Assembly (NCBI GenBank): GCA_039028475.1
Contig: JBCCIA010000013.1
Location: 1 to 36,997, forward strand
Source of the DNA: Spirochaetota bacterium
GTDB taxonomy: Bacteria; Spirochaetota; Leptospiria; Leptospirales; Leptospiraceae
Direction: 5' to 3'
Length of the DNA stretch: 36,997 nt
Shown here: in pieces, positions 1 to 10,991 of the stretch
Layout: every line of letters begins with the position of its first letter
Numbering within the stretch: the stretch's first letter is position 1
Made by a program: the position numbers and the translations under genes
The notes under the pieces: model-generated
The model's database searches: none
Seen by the model: the letters and a program-made list of their open reading frames with translations, nothing else
Told to the model about the DNA's origin: nothing

Positions 1-5
1 GTAAA

Positions 6-1328
6 TTGCTAAAAAAATTAACTTTTTGGGCGAAAAAGAAAAATCGTAAACCTCTTATTCTCCGAGGTGCTCGCCAAACAGGAAAAACTACGGTTATTGC
101 TTTATTTGCAAAAGAATTCGACAATTATATCTACCTCAACCTTGAACTTACAGAAGATAAGGAAGTTTTTTCAAAGCCTTTGGCTGTACATGATTGTGTC
201 CAACTAATACTTTTAAGTAAGAATATAACTCTTAAGCCAGGTCGAACCCTCATATTTATTGATGAAATTCAAAATAGTCCGATTGCAGTTGGGCTAATGC
301 GTTACTTTTATGAATCTCTTCCCGAATACCATGTAATTGCAGCAGGTTCTTTATTAGAGATTCTTATGGAAAAAGAAAATATTAGTTTTCCTGTTGGTAG
401 AGTAGAATTTGAATTTCTTTATCCAATGAGTTTTGAAGAATTCCTACTTGCTAGTGGTAATGATACTGCAATTGGATATTACAATACAGTTCCCTGTCCA
501 GACTTTGCTATCCCTAGTCTACTCAAACTTTTCCACAACTATACGATGTTAGGCGGTATGCCAGAAATTCTCTCCCGTTACTTTGCGGGAGAAAGTATCT
601 CACAACTACAATCAGTTTATCAAAGTTTGATGTATTCTTATAGCGATGATATTAGTAAATACGCAAGTTCTCGCTCACAAGAACAAATTCTAAGATTTGC
701 AATAGAAGTTCTATCCTTTGAAGCAGGCAAGCGAATTAAATTCCAAGGTTTTGGAAATTCAAATTATCGTAGTCGTGAGATAGGGGAAGCCTTACGCATC
801 CTACAAAGAGCAATGCTGATACGGCTAGTATATCCGACCACTAATTTCATTTTACCGAGTATGGCTAATTATAAAAAAGCCCCTAAGCTACAATTTCTAG
901 ATACAGGTCTGCTAAACTACAAAGTAGGTCTACAAGCTGAATTCATTAAATATGATAGCTTACATGCATTTTATCGTGGATTGATCGCAGAGCATGTTGT
1001 TGGACAAGAACTACAGACAAACTTACAACAGGATTTACTATTCTGGACCCGAGAAGAAAAACACTCCAATGCTGAATTGGACTTCGTTATGAATATAGAA
1101 GGAAATTTATTACCCATTGAAGTCAAATCTGGCAAAGTAGGTAGGTTACGTTCATTGCATCAATTTATGGATCATTCTACTATAGCACAAGCAATACGCC
1201 TATACGATGGTAATTTAGAAATACAAAATACTTCTACCATCACAGGCAACAATTTTCAATTGCTAAATTTACCCTACTGTTTTGCTGGAAAAATAGCCGA
1301 ATACTACCAGTGGATGAATGGTATCTAA
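6..1328 (+). CDS. AAA+ ATPase, DUF4143-type ATP-binding protein. Possibly 5'-truncated by the window edge (TTG start at 6, frame open to position 1).
   Basis: Walker A GARQTGKTT at residues 21-29. Length and C-terminal region are typical of the AAA_14/DUF4143 ATPase family. No stop upstream in frame inside the window. Confidence 0.7.
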   Translation: MLKKLTFWAKKKNRKPLILRGARQTGKTTVIALFAKEFDNYIYLNLELTEDKEVFSKPLAVHDCVQLILLSKNITLKPGRTLIFIDEIQNSPIAVGLMRYFYESLPEYHVIAAGSLLEILMEKENISFPVGRVEFEFLYPMSFEEFLLASGNDTAIGYYNTVPCPDFAIPSLLKLFHNYTMLGGMPEILSRYFAGESISQLQSVYQSLMYSYSDDISKYASSRSQEQILRFAIEVLSFEAGKRIKFQGFGNSNYRSREIGEALRILQRAMLIRLVYPTTNFILPSMANYKKAPKLQFLDTGLLNYKVGLQAEFIKYDSLHAFYRGLIAEHVVGQELQTNLQQDLLFWTREEKHSNAELDFVMNIEGNLLPIEVKSGKVGRLRSLHQFMDHSTIAQAIRLYDGNLEIQNTSTITGNNFQLLNLPYCFAGKIAEYYQWMNGI

Positions 1329-1334
1329 AAGTAT

Positions 1335-2654
1335 TTACCGTTGTGCATGACGGAAGTATAGATAAGTTACCAGCAATATCAAGAGGAAGATCAAACCAAG
1401 GTATAAGTTATAGTATGCCATTGCAAATAGAGAGAAGACAGCAATGCTTAACGCTATAGCTGGGAAGAAGGGATAAAAGGGGACACGAAATGGCCGTTCT
1501 AGATCAGGCTGTTTCTTGCGCAAGGCAAACAAAGCAAGCATGGAAATAATATACAGAGTCAAAGCCCCGAAGCAAGCAATAGTAATGATCTCATCAGTCT
1601 TTCCTGTAAACAATGCAACAATTCCCACAGCCATATTTACCAACAAAGCTTTTGCTGGTGTTTTGTATTTGGGGTGAATTTCTCCTAGGGCGGAAGGTGC
1701 GTATCCGGCTTTGCCAAACTCATAGGTTGCACGTCCTGCGGCAAGAATGATTCCATGAAAGGATGCCACCAAACCAAACAAACCAACCGTAACTAAAAGG
1801 TGGTAAAGAACATGCCCTTCTTTGACAATTTTTCCTAATGCTAGTAATAAGGGGGAATTAGAAGGCTTCGTACTCCCTGGAGGATAAACAATGGATTCCC
1901 AACCATCAACTCCTATCGATGAAACAAAAGTGAGAATGCACAAGATAACTAAAGTCAAAATCGCAGAACCAAAACCAAGTAGAATATTGCGCTGAGGGTT
2001 AATTGTCTCCTCTGCAACATTAGCAACTCCTTCTATAGCAAGGAAAAACCATATGGCAAAGGGGATAGCCGCGAAGATTCCTGCATACCCATGCGGAAAA
2101 GAGTTCTTTGTCACATTCTCCCATTGGAAATGTGGTAGTGTAACGCCAGCAAATAGGAGCAATTCAAATACGGCAAAAATAGTAATCACCAATTCAAAGG
2201 AAGCGGCTGCCTGCACTCCATATACATTGAGAGCTGTAAATATAAAATAGGCAATAACCGCGATATAAAGGGTCGCGTGCAGTTGCGGAGGTAGAAATGC
2301 ACTGATGTAAGCCCCAATAGCAGAAGCGATCGCAGGTGGGGCAAAGACAAACTCAACGATTTGTGCCACACCAGCAAGAAAACCAAGCTCTTTTCCTAAA
2401 CCTTCGGAAGCATAGTCAAAGGCTCCACCAGCTTTTGGAATAGAAGCTGCCAACTCAGTATAGCTAAAGGTAAACGTGACGTACATGACAATGATAAACA
2501 GAGTCGCAATTCCCAAACCAAGGGTTCCCCCTTTTGGCAATCCCAAATTCCAACCAAAGTACATCCCGGATATAACATACCCTACGCCCAGACCCCAAAG
2601 CATCCAAGGGCCTAGCTTTTTTTCTAAATGCTGCTTTGTATCTGCTTCTTGCAA
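1335..2654 (-). CDS. APC-superfamily amino acid permease, ethanolamine permease (Eat)-like.
   Basis: N-terminus has WMLWGLGVGYVISGMYFGWNLGL, matching the ethanolamine permease signature. About 12 hydrophobic spans. Start is adjacent to the stop of the upstream lipoprotein gene. Confidence 0.7.
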   Translation of the reverse strand: MQEADTKQHLEKKLGPWMLWGLGVGYVISGMYFGWNLGLPKGGTLGLGIATLFIIVMYVTFTFSYTELAASIPKAGGAFDYASEGLGKELGFLAGVAQIVEFVFAPPAIASAIGAYISAFLPPQLHATLYIAVIAYFIFTALNVYGVQAAASFELVITIFAVFELLLFAGVTLPHFQWENVTKNSFPHGYAGIFAAIPFAIWFFLAIEGVANVAEETINPQRNILLGFGSAILTLVILCILTFVSSIGVDGWESIVYPPGSTKPSNSPLLLALGKIVKEGHVLYHLLVTVGLFGLVASFHGIILAAGRATYEFGKAGYAPSALGEIHPKYKTPAKALLVNMAVGIVALFTGKTDEIITIACFGALTLYIISMLALFALRKKQPDLERPFRVPFYPFFPAIALSIAVFSLFAMAYYNLYLGLIFLLILLVTYLYFRHAQR

Positions 2655-3161
2655 TTACTCTGCTTTTTTCTGGCCGAACTTATTGGTAAAGAGATCAAAA
2701 CCCGTCGGTGTCGTAGGAGGTGGCGTATGGTTGACTCTACTGACCTTACTGCGGCGGAGAATTACATCAATTTCGATATCGGGGTCGTGCTTTCTACTGT
2801 AGCGGGCTATGGGTCTGTAGTAGATCAAATGGGTTCGCCCACTGCTATCTCGGAAACGTTTATCGGGCTTACCGATATAACTGATGACAAACGGTTCGTT
2901 GCGGTTTTGTAAGGTATCTTTTAGATCATCTCGGTTTTTGATGTTTTTCTCTACCTCTGGGTCTAGGGGAACTACTTCAACCGGATCTTCTTTGACAAAT
3001 TCCTTGGCTTGGTTGGAAACAAAAGATTTGCACTTTTGTTCATCGGAAAATGTAGCCATACAGTCTTTGTATAGCTTATCTTTATCCGCTTTTAGCTGCC
3101 TGTCAGGGTTGCTGACACATTGCTGGAATACAAAAAGGCAAAGTAGTAAAATAGTTCTCAT
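2655..3161 (-). CDS. Putative lipoprotein (hypothetical). Start chosen at MRTILLLCLFVFQQC.
   Basis: Signal-peptide-like N-terminus with Cys after a hydrophobic core. The start codon sits 2 nt downstream of the secA stop (3166-3168). Confidence 0.5.
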   Translation of the reverse strand: MRTILLLCLFVFQQCVSNPDRQLKADKDKLYKDCMATFSDEQKCKSFVSNQAKEFVKEDPVEVVPLDPEVEKNIKNRDDLKDTLQNRNEPFVISYIGKPDKRFRDSSGRTHLIYYRPIARYSRKHDPDIEIDVILRRSKVSRVNHTPPPTTPTGFDLFTNKFGQKKAE

Positions 3162-3165
3162 GATG

Positions 3166-5976
3166 TCACCTACGCTTTTTGCGTTTTTTCTTTCTTTTGG
3201 AAGCTCCACCAGCACTAGTGGTCACTTCCCTATCTTTCTTTTGGCTTACTCGGGTATATGGTTGTGCACCTGTTGCAACGGCCTCATTGAAGATATCTAC
3301 GTTGTGCACTTCTTCCCCAATAGGTATGTATTCCGTATCTTCTTCGAGAATCTTTTCTTGCCCTTCTTCCGTTAACTCAACCTTGAACAAAAAGGCTATG
3401 ATCTCTTGTTTGAAACTATCCACCATCTGATCAAAGATTTGAAAACCTTGGATTTTATACTCAATCAAAGGGTTTTTCTCGCTATAGCCAACTGTCCAAA
3501 TACCCTCTCTTAAGGTATCCATTATGTGTAAATGATCTTTCCAACGGTGGTCCAAGATATCCAGCAAAATTTGTTTCTCTAGCTGCTTCCATACATCTAA
3601 ACCAATAGCGTTTGACTTTTTCTCATAGACTGCTTTGAAGTTTTCTAGAATCAAATGGAACAGTTCGGATTGGGCATCTTTGCCTTTTTTCAATTGTTCT
3701 ACTTCGACAAACGTTGTGATATTCATGGAACCAATCCACTCATTCAAGAGTTCGGTATTCCAAGCATTCGGGTTATTCCCTTCACAGTTCGCCAATACCT
3801 GGGTTTCGATAACCTCTTCCATCCAGACATTCATGATCTCACTAATATCTTTTGTTCCCTCTAAAACATAGTTGCGTAGCTCATAGATGAACATACGTTG
3901 GCGATTCATCACATCATCGTATTCTAAAAGGTGCTTACGAATATCAAAGTTATGTGCCTCTACCCTTTTTTGGGAACGGGCAATGGCATTGGATACCATT
4001 TTGTGCTCTATTTCCTGGCCTTCTTCCATACCCAAACGCTGCATAATAGCAGAGATACGATCACTACCAAAGATCCGCATCAAATCATCTTCCAGGGAGA
4101 GGTAGAAGCGACTAGAACCAGGATCCCCTTGCCTACCAGAGCGTCCTCGCAACTGGTTGTCAATACGCCGAGATTCGTGTCTTTCCGTCCCCAAAATATG
4201 CAAACCGCCAGCTTCTAAAACGATATCATGGTTTTCTTTCCAACGCTTGGCATCGTCTAGTATCGATTTCCCTATCTTTTGCTTGGACTTAGAGGGAAAA
4301 GCAATAAGCAGCCCATCAGCAACGCTAAACTCCAAACGCTTAACTGCCAGTTTAAACTTCTGGATGCTTTCGTCGGGTTCTTCCCATTCATCCAACTCTT
4401 CTTTGTAGGTAGGAGCACCTCCCAGTACAATGTCAGTTCCCCTTCCCGCCATATTTGTTGCAATTGTAATAGACCCTGGCTTGCCGGCGTTGGCAACGAT
4501 TTCAGCCTCTTTCTCATGAAATTTGGCGTTCAACACATTATGTGGTAATCCTTCACGCCGTAACAGCATAGAAAGAACTTCCGACTTCTCGATGGAGATA
4601 GTTCCTACGAGGGCGGGTTGCTTTCTTTCCTGGCAATCTCGAATCTCTTTCACTATGGCATCAAATTTTTCTCGCTCTGTACGGTATACACGATCTGGAT
4701 GATCGAGTCTTTTCAGTTTGAGGTTAGGAGGAATGACAATTACATCGAGCTTGTATATCTTAGCAAACTCCTCTGCCTCTGTATCTGCAGTACCTGTCAT
4801 CCCCGAAAGCTTGTCGTAAATGCGGAAAAAATTTTGGAAGGTAATAGAGGCAAGCGTCTGTGATTCCCTGGCAATTGGCACACGCTCTTTGGCCTCGATA
4901 GCTTGGTGCAATCCATCCGAGTAGCGTCTCCCTTCCATCAAACGACCGGTAAACTCGTCCACAATAACGACTTCGTCCTGCTGTACTACATAATCGACGT
5001 CTTTTTTATAGAGCTTATGTGCCTTTAAGGCTTGGCTGACATGGTGGACGATCTCTGTATTTTCTGGTGAATACAAGTTTTCAATACCTAGGGCATTCTC
5101 CACACTTGCCACGCCTTTCTCGGTTAAGAGGGCATTCTTAGCCTTCTCATCGATTTCATAATCCCACTCTTTTTCCGACTCAGGCATGGGTTCTTCTCCC
5201 TTTTTCGGTTCTGGGACATCAAACTCTTCTTTGCCGTGTAAGTAGGGAATCACCTTATCTACTTTCTCATAGATGTCTGTCGTATTGTCTGTAGAACCAG
5301 AGATGATAAGCGGAGTTCTAGCTTCGTCAATCAAAATCGAATCTACCTCATCAATGATACAGTAGTAGTGTTTTCTCTGTACTTTGTGCGAGATGTGAGC
5401 CACCATATTATCACGCAGATAATCAAAACCAAACTCATTATTTGTCCCATAGGTTATATCAGACCCATAGGCAGCCTGGCGTTCTTCGTGGTCCATATCG
5501 TGTTGGATGGCTCCTATAGTAATACCCAAAAACTCATAAACAGGCCGCATCCAGTTTGCATCCCGTTTTGCCAAATAGTCATTTACTGTTACAACATGCA
5601 CACCTTTGCCTGTGAGTGCGTTGAGATAGATAGGTAGTGTCGAAGTAAGAGTCTTACCCTCTCCGGTTTTCATTTCTGCAATATTTCCCCAGTGTAGAGA
5701 GATACCACCCATAAGTTGGACATCAAAATGTCGCATTCCTAGAGTACGAATCGATGCTTCCCGTACTGTAGCAAAAGCCTCTGGCAGTATATCATCCAAA
5801 CTTTCCTTTGCTTCCAGGCGTTGTTTGAATTTATTTGTTTGTTCTTGGAGTTCACTATCGCTTAGTTTCTTAATGTCTGGCTCTAGAGCATTGATCTGCT
5901 CGACAATCGGTTGTAATCTCTTTAAGTCTCTCTCATATTTACTGCCAAAGAGGACATTCAATATCTTATTCAACAT
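3166..5976 (-). CDS. secA: Preprotein translocase ATPase SecA.
   Basis: 936 aa. N-terminus [21 protein letters not shown], and the [33 protein letters not shown] Walker A region. C-terminus is a polybasic tail [10 protein letters not shown] with no zinc-binding Cys motif. Confidence 0.95.
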   Translation of the reverse strand: MLNKILNVLFGSKYERDLKRLQPIVEQINALEPDIKKLSDSELQEQTNKFKQRLEAKESLDDILPEAFATVREASIRTLGMRHFDVQLMGGISLHWGNIAEMKTGEGKTLTSTLPIYLNALTGKGVHVVTVNDYLAKRDANWMRPVYEFLGITIGAIQHDMDHEERQAAYGSDITYGTNNEFGFDYLRDNMVAHISHKVQRKHYYCIIDEVDSILIDEARTPLIISGSTDNTTDIYEKVDKVIPYLHGKEEFDVPEPKKGEEPMPESEKEWDYEIDEKAKNALLTEKGVASVENALGIENLYSPENTEIVHHVSQALKAHKLYKKDVDYVVQQDEVVIVDEFTGRLMEGRRYSDGLHQAIEAKERVPIARESQTLASITFQNFFRIYDKLSGMTGTADTEAEEFAKIYKLDVIVIPPNLKLKRLDHPDRVYRTEREKFDAIVKEIRDCQERKQPALVGTISIEKSEVLSMLLRREGLPHNVLNAKFHEKEAEIVANAGKPGSITIATNMAGRGTDIVLGGAPTYKEELDEWEEPDESIQKFKLAVKRLEFSVADGLLIAFPSKSKQKIGKSILDDAKRWKENHDIVLEAGGLHILGTERHESRRIDNQLRGRSGRQGDPGSSRFYLSLEDDLMRIFGSDRISAIMQRLGMEEGQEIEHKMVSNAIARSQKRVEAHNFDIRKHLLEYDDVMNRQRMFIYELRNYVLEGTKDISEIMNVWMEEVIETQVLANCEGNNPNAWNTELLNEWIGSMNITTFVEVEQLKKGKDAQSELFHLILENFKAVYEKKSNAIGLDVWKQLEKQILLDILDHRWKDHLHIMDTLREGIWTVGYSEKNPLIEYKIQGFQIFDQMVDSFKQEIIAFLFKVELTEEGQEKILEEDTEYIPIGEEVHNVDIFNEAVATGAQPYTRVSQKKDREVTTSAGGASKRKKKRKKRR

Positions 5977-6124
5977 ACTAGTATTCCATTGTTTTTTGTA
6001 TTTCTATGATTTCACGCAATCCGTATTGAAAATGGGTGCTCTAATTCTCAGATCTTTTACCAATATTTGTAGTCGCAAACATATACCTATCACTTTTTTT
6101 CTCGAAGTCATGTCAAGATTTTAC

Positions 6125-6706
6125 TTAAAAACCGGCAAACATACGCTTGAAGAACACAACCCTTGGTTCTTGGGTTATCTCACTAATTTCTTGTGCTTCG
6201 CTGAGTGGGCCAATAAAATTATAGAACAGGGAAAGAGGTTTGGTGTCAAACAATAGGGTTTCTGGAGTTCCCGTAACCAAACCTCCCTCTGGCTTTACTG
6301 CAAAAGGAGGTTTCATGATTAGTATGGGAATACGAATTCCGCGCTTTTCCTTCTCCAATTGCATCATAGCCTGAGCAGAACGGAGTGCAGTTGCAGCACT
6401 TTTTGTTTCTTGGCCGTCTTGTAACGAATAGGGGTCAACCACTATGTACAGCTCACCTGCCTTGTTTTTCTGCATTTCATCGTAAAGATAGTGCAGTGCT
6501 GGTAGCTCTTTGAAACAGGGTACACAAGTCGGCGAGTACACATTCAGGGCAACGCGCCTTGCATTTAGGTTCCGAATAACAACTTCTTTGCCGTCTAGGG
6601 TGACTCCGACAAATTTTTCAACATGAAAATTAGACTGCTTGTGCGTAGAACAGGAAAATAGGAAGAAAACGATCAAAAGCGTAACGAAGGCTTGTATTTG
6701 TTTCAT
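6125..6706 (-). CDS. Thioredoxin-fold thiol:disulfide oxidoreductase lipoprotein (TlpA/redoxin-like).
   Basis: Signal peptide plus lipobox (FLFSCS). CVPC active-site motif in a redoxin-like context (NVYSPTCVPCFKELP). Confidence 0.7.
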   Translation of the reverse strand: MKQIQAFVTLLIVFFLFSCSTHKQSNFHVEKFVGVTLDGKEVVIRNLNARRVALNVYSPTCVPCFKELPALHYLYDEMQKNKAGELYIVVDPYSLQDGQETKSAATALRSAQAMMQLEKEKRGIRIPILIMKPPFAVKPEGGLVTGTPETLLFDTKPLSLFYNFIGPLSEAQEISEITQEPRVVFFKRMFAGF

Positions 6707-6998
6707 GATTCTGAATAGACTGTACCAGGCTTTACTTTGTTTTCTTAGACATACAATTTTTGCAAAAGTAATTAAAGATTTGCAATTATAACCTTGACAA
6801 TCAGTCTACTTTATAAATACTGGATGACTTAGCCCAATTTTGTCAAGCTAGAAAGATCACCAGAATGCTACAAACAAACCACCTACTTTTTCCCCCTCTC
6901 TCGTCCTATCTTTGCAATTACAAGTTTGTGCTAAGTCATTCTGCTTTCTCCCAGGGCTTAGTAGAATTTTGAGTCAACCTCAGGAGTAACACAATTTC

Positions 6999-7427
6999 AT
7001 GAATAGCAACTCGCAGGAAGAATTCGATATAGTTAAGTTAATTGAGCTTTCCAGGTATAAAAAATACGAAACTACAGTAGCTGGTTTTGGTGCGTTGGAT
7101 AAAATAGATAAGCTAGACATACCCAAAAAATTAAAAAGCCGTAAAATCGCAGTACAAGCCTTACACGCCCTTTCCGAAAATCTCATTCAATACGATTATA
7201 TTAGTGCAGAAGAGAAGCAACAAGTGGAAGAAAAAACTTCAGATACAGATGAAAATAAAAAGAATCTAGACGCTCTCTTCTCGTCTCCTGCTCCTGTTGT
7301 AGAAGAAGATACCGAAGAGGATGAATTGCCACAAGATGAAGAGAAAAGCCAAGCTTCTGACGAAGACGGGGATTACTCCGATGACTTTGAGGATGATGCT
7401 AGCTTTGAAGACGATGAAGAAAAATAA
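6999..7427 (+). CDS. Hypothetical protein with a strongly acidic C-terminal tail.
   Basis: 142 aa. The last ~55 residues are ~50% Asp/Glu (EEDTEEDELPQDEE...DDFEDDASFEDDEEK). No recognisable family. Confidence 0.5.
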   Translation: MNSNSQEEFDIVKLIELSRYKKYETTVAGFGALDKIDKLDIPKKLKSRKIAVQALHALSENLIQYDYISAEEKQQVEEKTSDTDENKKNLDALFSSPAPVVEEDTEEDELPQDEEKSQASDEDGDYSDDFEDDASFEDDEEK

Positions 7428-7575
7428 ACTCTAGTACAAAGGCAGGATTCACTAGATAGATTTTGTAGTTTCCCTCGCTAAAAATGGCCAACTGAACCTA
7501 AGAAACCGCTTTTCGGGTCAATTCGTACATTCGAACTTTAATCCTGGTAAAGAAGCCGAGCGGATTTTTGAGCGC

Positions 7576-8841
7576 TTGCGTCCCGAGTTTTCTACAACGG
7601 TATCCTGCCTGGTGTGTTTTGGCTTTGGCTGTGGCCACTTCATTCGCAGACTCCTGGAATACGACCAGTCCCCTTTCCAACACATTTTTTGTATCGAACC
7701 ACAAAATGGTAGCTTAGAACTTACAGAGATCGACAAAGAGATCCAAATCCTCACAGGACTCGCAGAAAGACAAAAAATTTCCTTACATATTAGCGACAAT
7801 TTAAATTTTGTAAGACCAAGCAACTTTCTCTTCTACTCCCTACCCTATTATTCACGCAATTATCCAGAAGAATGGCGTTCTTTGGATAACTTTCTCAAAG
7901 AGGAAAGTAAGAGTATCTCTGCCGCTACAAAAGCTACTTTTTCTAAATCTTGGCTACGCAACTATTTCCGTAATTTAGATTTATCAGGAAAACATCCCAG
8001 ATGCTTCTGGCTGCAAAGGTCTGACTTTTCTGGCATCAAAAACGTACTTTTTGTAGGAGCCGCTCCTGAATTAGAGGCAGAAATAACGCGTATCCATGAA
8101 ATCCGCCAACAGGTATTTTTAATTGTAGCCGACACTTGCTGTGCGTTTTTGCAAAAACAAGGAATTGTGGCAGATCTGATTTTCTCCGTTGATTCTGGCC
8201 GAGGTACTACTTTCCACTTTCGTGACTCTTTGGCTGAGAATATTCCTATTGTCACATGGTTGGGGGGAAACCAGAAAATCTGGGATTTGGGCAATCCAGT
8301 TTTGCTCTATTCTTCCAGTTTTCCTATAGATCAAGTGCTACAAGGCTGCTTTCCCAGTTTAGAAATGTTAGAAAACCCTTCCTGGAATCTCACTGGTTTG
8401 GCTGCAAATTTTGCCAAATGGATCGGTGCAAAACGTTTTCTCTTGGCAGGGGTGAGCTTTATGGCAGAGAATAGCAAAACACATTGTCGTGGAACCGGCT
8501 ATGAAACCTTTCAATTGTATAAGGTAAATAGACGGACTTCGTTAGAAGCCTTCTCACCACATACCTACCAGCAGCAAAAGATAAGTAGCAAAAATCGTAT
8601 CGCGAGGGAATTTCTCATGTCTCGCAATAGCGAATGGATAAGCAAACTGCCAGAAAATGACTTAAAATCTCATGCAGAGTATACTATACCAGTCAAATTC
8701 TCCTTAAACTTCCAACAAACGCCCACCGACTTATTGTTACAGTCTCTTGCACTCGCCGGGGTAAAACGGGAAGTCCTAAACCAACTCAACGTATCGGAAG
8801 CAAGCTGGCTTAGGGCACTCCATTTATTTACTAGCAGATAA
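7576..8841 (+). CDS. MptE-like / DUF115-domain protein (motility-accessory-factor-like Rossmann domain). TTG start.
   Basis: NVLFVGAAPELEAEI...FLIVADTCCAFLQKQGIVADLIFSVDSGRG resembles the GnGPSL...DsA...IxPDivvsiD core of PF01973. No ATG in the first ~290 codons; the ORF starts at TTG. Confidence 0.45.
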   Translation: MRPEFSTTVSCLVCFGFGCGHFIRRLLEYDQSPFQHIFCIEPQNGSLELTEIDKEIQILTGLAERQKISLHISDNLNFVRPSNFLFYSLPYYSRNYPEEWRSLDNFLKEESKSISAATKATFSKSWLRNYFRNLDLSGKHPRCFWLQRSDFSGIKNVLFVGAAPELEAEITRIHEIRQQVFLIVADTCCAFLQKQGIVADLIFSVDSGRGTTFHFRDSLAENIPIVTWLGGNQKIWDLGNPVLLYSSSFPIDQVLQGCFPSLEMLENPSWNLTGLAANFAKWIGAKRFLLAGVSFMAENSKTHCRGTGYETFQLYKVNRRTSLEAFSPHTYQQQKISSKNRIAREFLMSRNSEWISKLPENDLKSHAEYTIPVKFSLNFQQTPTDLLLQSLALAGVKREVLNQLNVSEASWLRALHLFTSR

Positions 8842-9291
8842 GACTTTGAACTTACTGCGAAAATCTTCGATACGGCTACGGTTCTTGCCAAGATCTGACT
8901 TACCAACACGCGAAGCAGAGCGCACATCAATGACTTTTTTACCTTCATTGATATAAAACTCCACATCGTCGGTATAGCGCATGATCAGGGTAGTAAATTC
9001 GGCATAGACGTACGCATCGGTTTGCTTGATGATCTTAACCCTAGGAAACTTTTTTAGAGTTTGGAGAATCTTTGCTTTCACCATAGTCTTCTCACCCTGG
9101 TAGGCAATCGGAGCAATATGGTGTTCCTTGTCCGACTCATTTCCTTGTGAACTCACACAATTCGGACTTTTGGGGCAAGGTTCCAATTTACTCACATCCT
9201 TACGCAGGTGGATCTTAATTTCTTTGCTACAAGCAGAAAAAAGAAAAGTCAACAAAACAGTTAAGAGTATTTTAAACATTGTACCTCTCAT
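8824..9291 (-). CDS. DUF1499-family lipoprotein.
   Basis: PKSPNCVSSQ signature of DUF1499. Signal peptide MFKILLTVLLTFLFSAC. Candidate start 9291 overlaps the acyl-CoA dehydrogenase stop as ATGA; an alternative start is at 9279. Confidence 0.6.
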   Translation of the reverse strand: MRGTMFKILLTVLLTFLFSACSKEIKIHLRKDVSKLEPCPKSPNCVSSQGNESDKEHHIAPIAYQGEKTMVKAKILQTLKKFPRVKIIKQTDAYVYAEFTTLIMRYTDDVEFYINEGKKVIDVRSASRVGKSDLGKNRSRIEDFRSKFKVLSASK

Positions 9292-10991
9292 GGATTCATA
9301 CTGTACTGGTCTTTTAGAGCATATACATGTTTTTCCCAAACTTGCATGAACCTATCCTCATCCACCGATGGCTTGCGGATCATTTTTTTGCAAACTTCCA
9401 TTTGCTTCTCTGTACTGCTTGGCTTGGAGAAAACCTGTACCGCAAACTTCGAGAAATCCCGCACCATAAAGTCAAAGATTTGGTCCATTAGAGCGTCGTC
9501 TTCTAAACCATCTAATTGAGCGTTTTCTATGATCAACTGGCCATAGGGAATCAATGCAAACATTTCACCTAAAGATAGCATATAATCAATGTCTCTGGTT
9601 TGTGCCTTACTCGGTGGGCACTCTTGCAAGAACTCTTTCAATAGGGCGATTTGTTCGCGGAAGATCTTTACATTTGGAACATCGATACTCGAATAAGCTA
9701 CATTGTAATCTTGGAAAGGAACAGTTTTCATTCCTTTGGTAGTAGCACCTTGGTTGAATAGGAAAGTGTCGTCTTCTTTACCGGCTCTTCTTGGTACATC
9801 GGGAACTTCTGCGGAGTTTAGCATATAGCTCATCATAAAGTTGGTAATCAGCATCATATTCACATGTGCAGTTCCCTCAAGCTTAGGCAGTCCACGGATA
9901 TCACGTGCAGCTGTTTCAAAATAGTTGTCATTTTCGAAGCCTTTCGCAGCGATAACATCCCAAATTAGGTTAACCACTTCTTCCCCTTGCATCGTTACTT
10001 TGGTCTTGACCATTGGATTAAAAAGTAAATACCTACGGTCAGTTTCCGAAGCAGAACGCATATAGTCGATAGAGCGAGCAGAGAAATACTTCATAGAAAC
10101 CAAACGAGTATAGGCATCTACGAAGAGTTGTTTTATATGTGGGAAGTCGGTAACATATTGGTTGTACAAACGACGTGCTGAGGCATGATTAATGGCTTCA
10201 TAGAAGGCGTGGGTAGCGATTCCAACAGAAGCCCAACCCAAATTGAACTTACAAAAGGCAATCGTAGCCAAAGAAGTATCCCAAGCCTCTCGATCAATCG
10301 AGAGAATGTCTTCTTTCTGAATCGGATAATCGTGCAATGCATAGTGAGCTACATAATTTTGGCTGTTAGTGACATTGCGGATACATTCGTATTTTTCGTG
10401 TTGCGAATCCACGGCAAAGAAAACATATTTTTTGGAGTCAGAGACACGGCCAAAAGTAGAGACCATTCCAGCTTTGTTGGCATTGCCAATATAATACTTT
10501 TCTCCCTTCGCGACATAACTTCCATCCCCTTGTGGAATAAGACGCATGCCACTTGAAATCAAATCAGCGCCATGTTCCTTTTCAGAAAGGCCAAAAGCAA
10601 AAATTTCGCCCTCTTCCAAAAGTTTTGCTGCTTTTTGTTTTAATTTCTCATTTTTACTCAACCAAATCGGCCCTAAACCCAACATAGAAACCTGCCAGGT
10701 GTACCAATAGCAAAGTCCATAAAATCCTAGAATTTCATTAAATTCACAAATACGATAGCTATCCCAGCGCGAGTCTTCTGGTCCATAACCTTCGGGAGTC
10801 ATCAAAGTAGCAAATGCTTTCACGCTCTTTTGGAACTCTAGAAAATCAGCATACCAAACACGTTCATGGTCATCGTGCTTTAGCTTTTTCAAGCCTCTAT
10901 TTTCAAAAAACTCTATGGTTTTTAACATGATCTCTCGTGACTTTTCATCTAAGTTCTCAAACTTTTTCTTTTTAGGATTCAAAAGAATCAT
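9288..10991 (-). CDS. Acyl-CoA dehydrogenase family protein (long form, 567 aa).
   Basis: Length and motifs of long-chain ACAD-like proteins. GGAG RBS 8-11 nt upstream. Divergent from the MVP-like gene. Confidence 0.7.
   Translation of the reverse strand: MILLNPKKKKFENLDEKSREIMLKTIEFFENRGLKKLKHDDHERVWYADFLEFQKSVKAFATLMTPEGYGPEDSRWDSYRICEFNEILGFYGLCYWYTWQVSMLGLGPIWLSKNEKLKQKAAKLLEEGEIFAFGLSEKEHGADLISSGMRLIPQGDGSYVAKGEKYYIGNANKAGMVSTFGRVSDSKKYVFFAVDSQHEKYECIRNVTNSQNYVAHYALHDYPIQKEDILSIDREAWDTSLATIAFCKFNLGWASVGIATHAFYEAINHASARRLYNQYVTDFPHIKQLFVDAYTRLVSMKYFSARSIDYMRSASETDRRYLLFNPMVKTKVTMQGEEVVNLIWDVIAAKGFENDNYFETAARDIRGLPKLEGTAHVNMMLITNFMMSYMLNSAEVPDVPRRAGKEDDTFLFNQGATTKGMKTVPFQDYNVAYSSIDVPNVKIFREQIALLKEFLQECPPSKAQTRDIDYMLSLGEMFALIPYGQLIIENAQLDGLEDDALMDQIFDFMVRDFSKFAVQVFSKPSSTEKQMEVCKKMIRKPSVDEDRFMQVWEKHVYALKDQYSMNP

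Noticed and set aside
2053-4863. Cluster of 60-160-aa ORFs (e.g. 2053..2250, 2186..2386, 2396..2578, 2476..2802, 2628..2912, 2884..3375, 3179..3430, 3635..3871, 3887..4218, 4157..4548, 4618..4863).
   Set aside because: All lie inside or antisense to the well-supported permease, lipoprotein and secA genes. They have low-complexity or serine/leucine-rich translations with no family resemblance, and are typical shadow ORFs.
6794-6819. TTGACA ... TATAAAT upstream of the acidic-protein gene, considered as a promoter.
   Set aside because: The spacer is only 12-14 nt, which is incompatible with canonical sigma70 spacing. Left uncalled.
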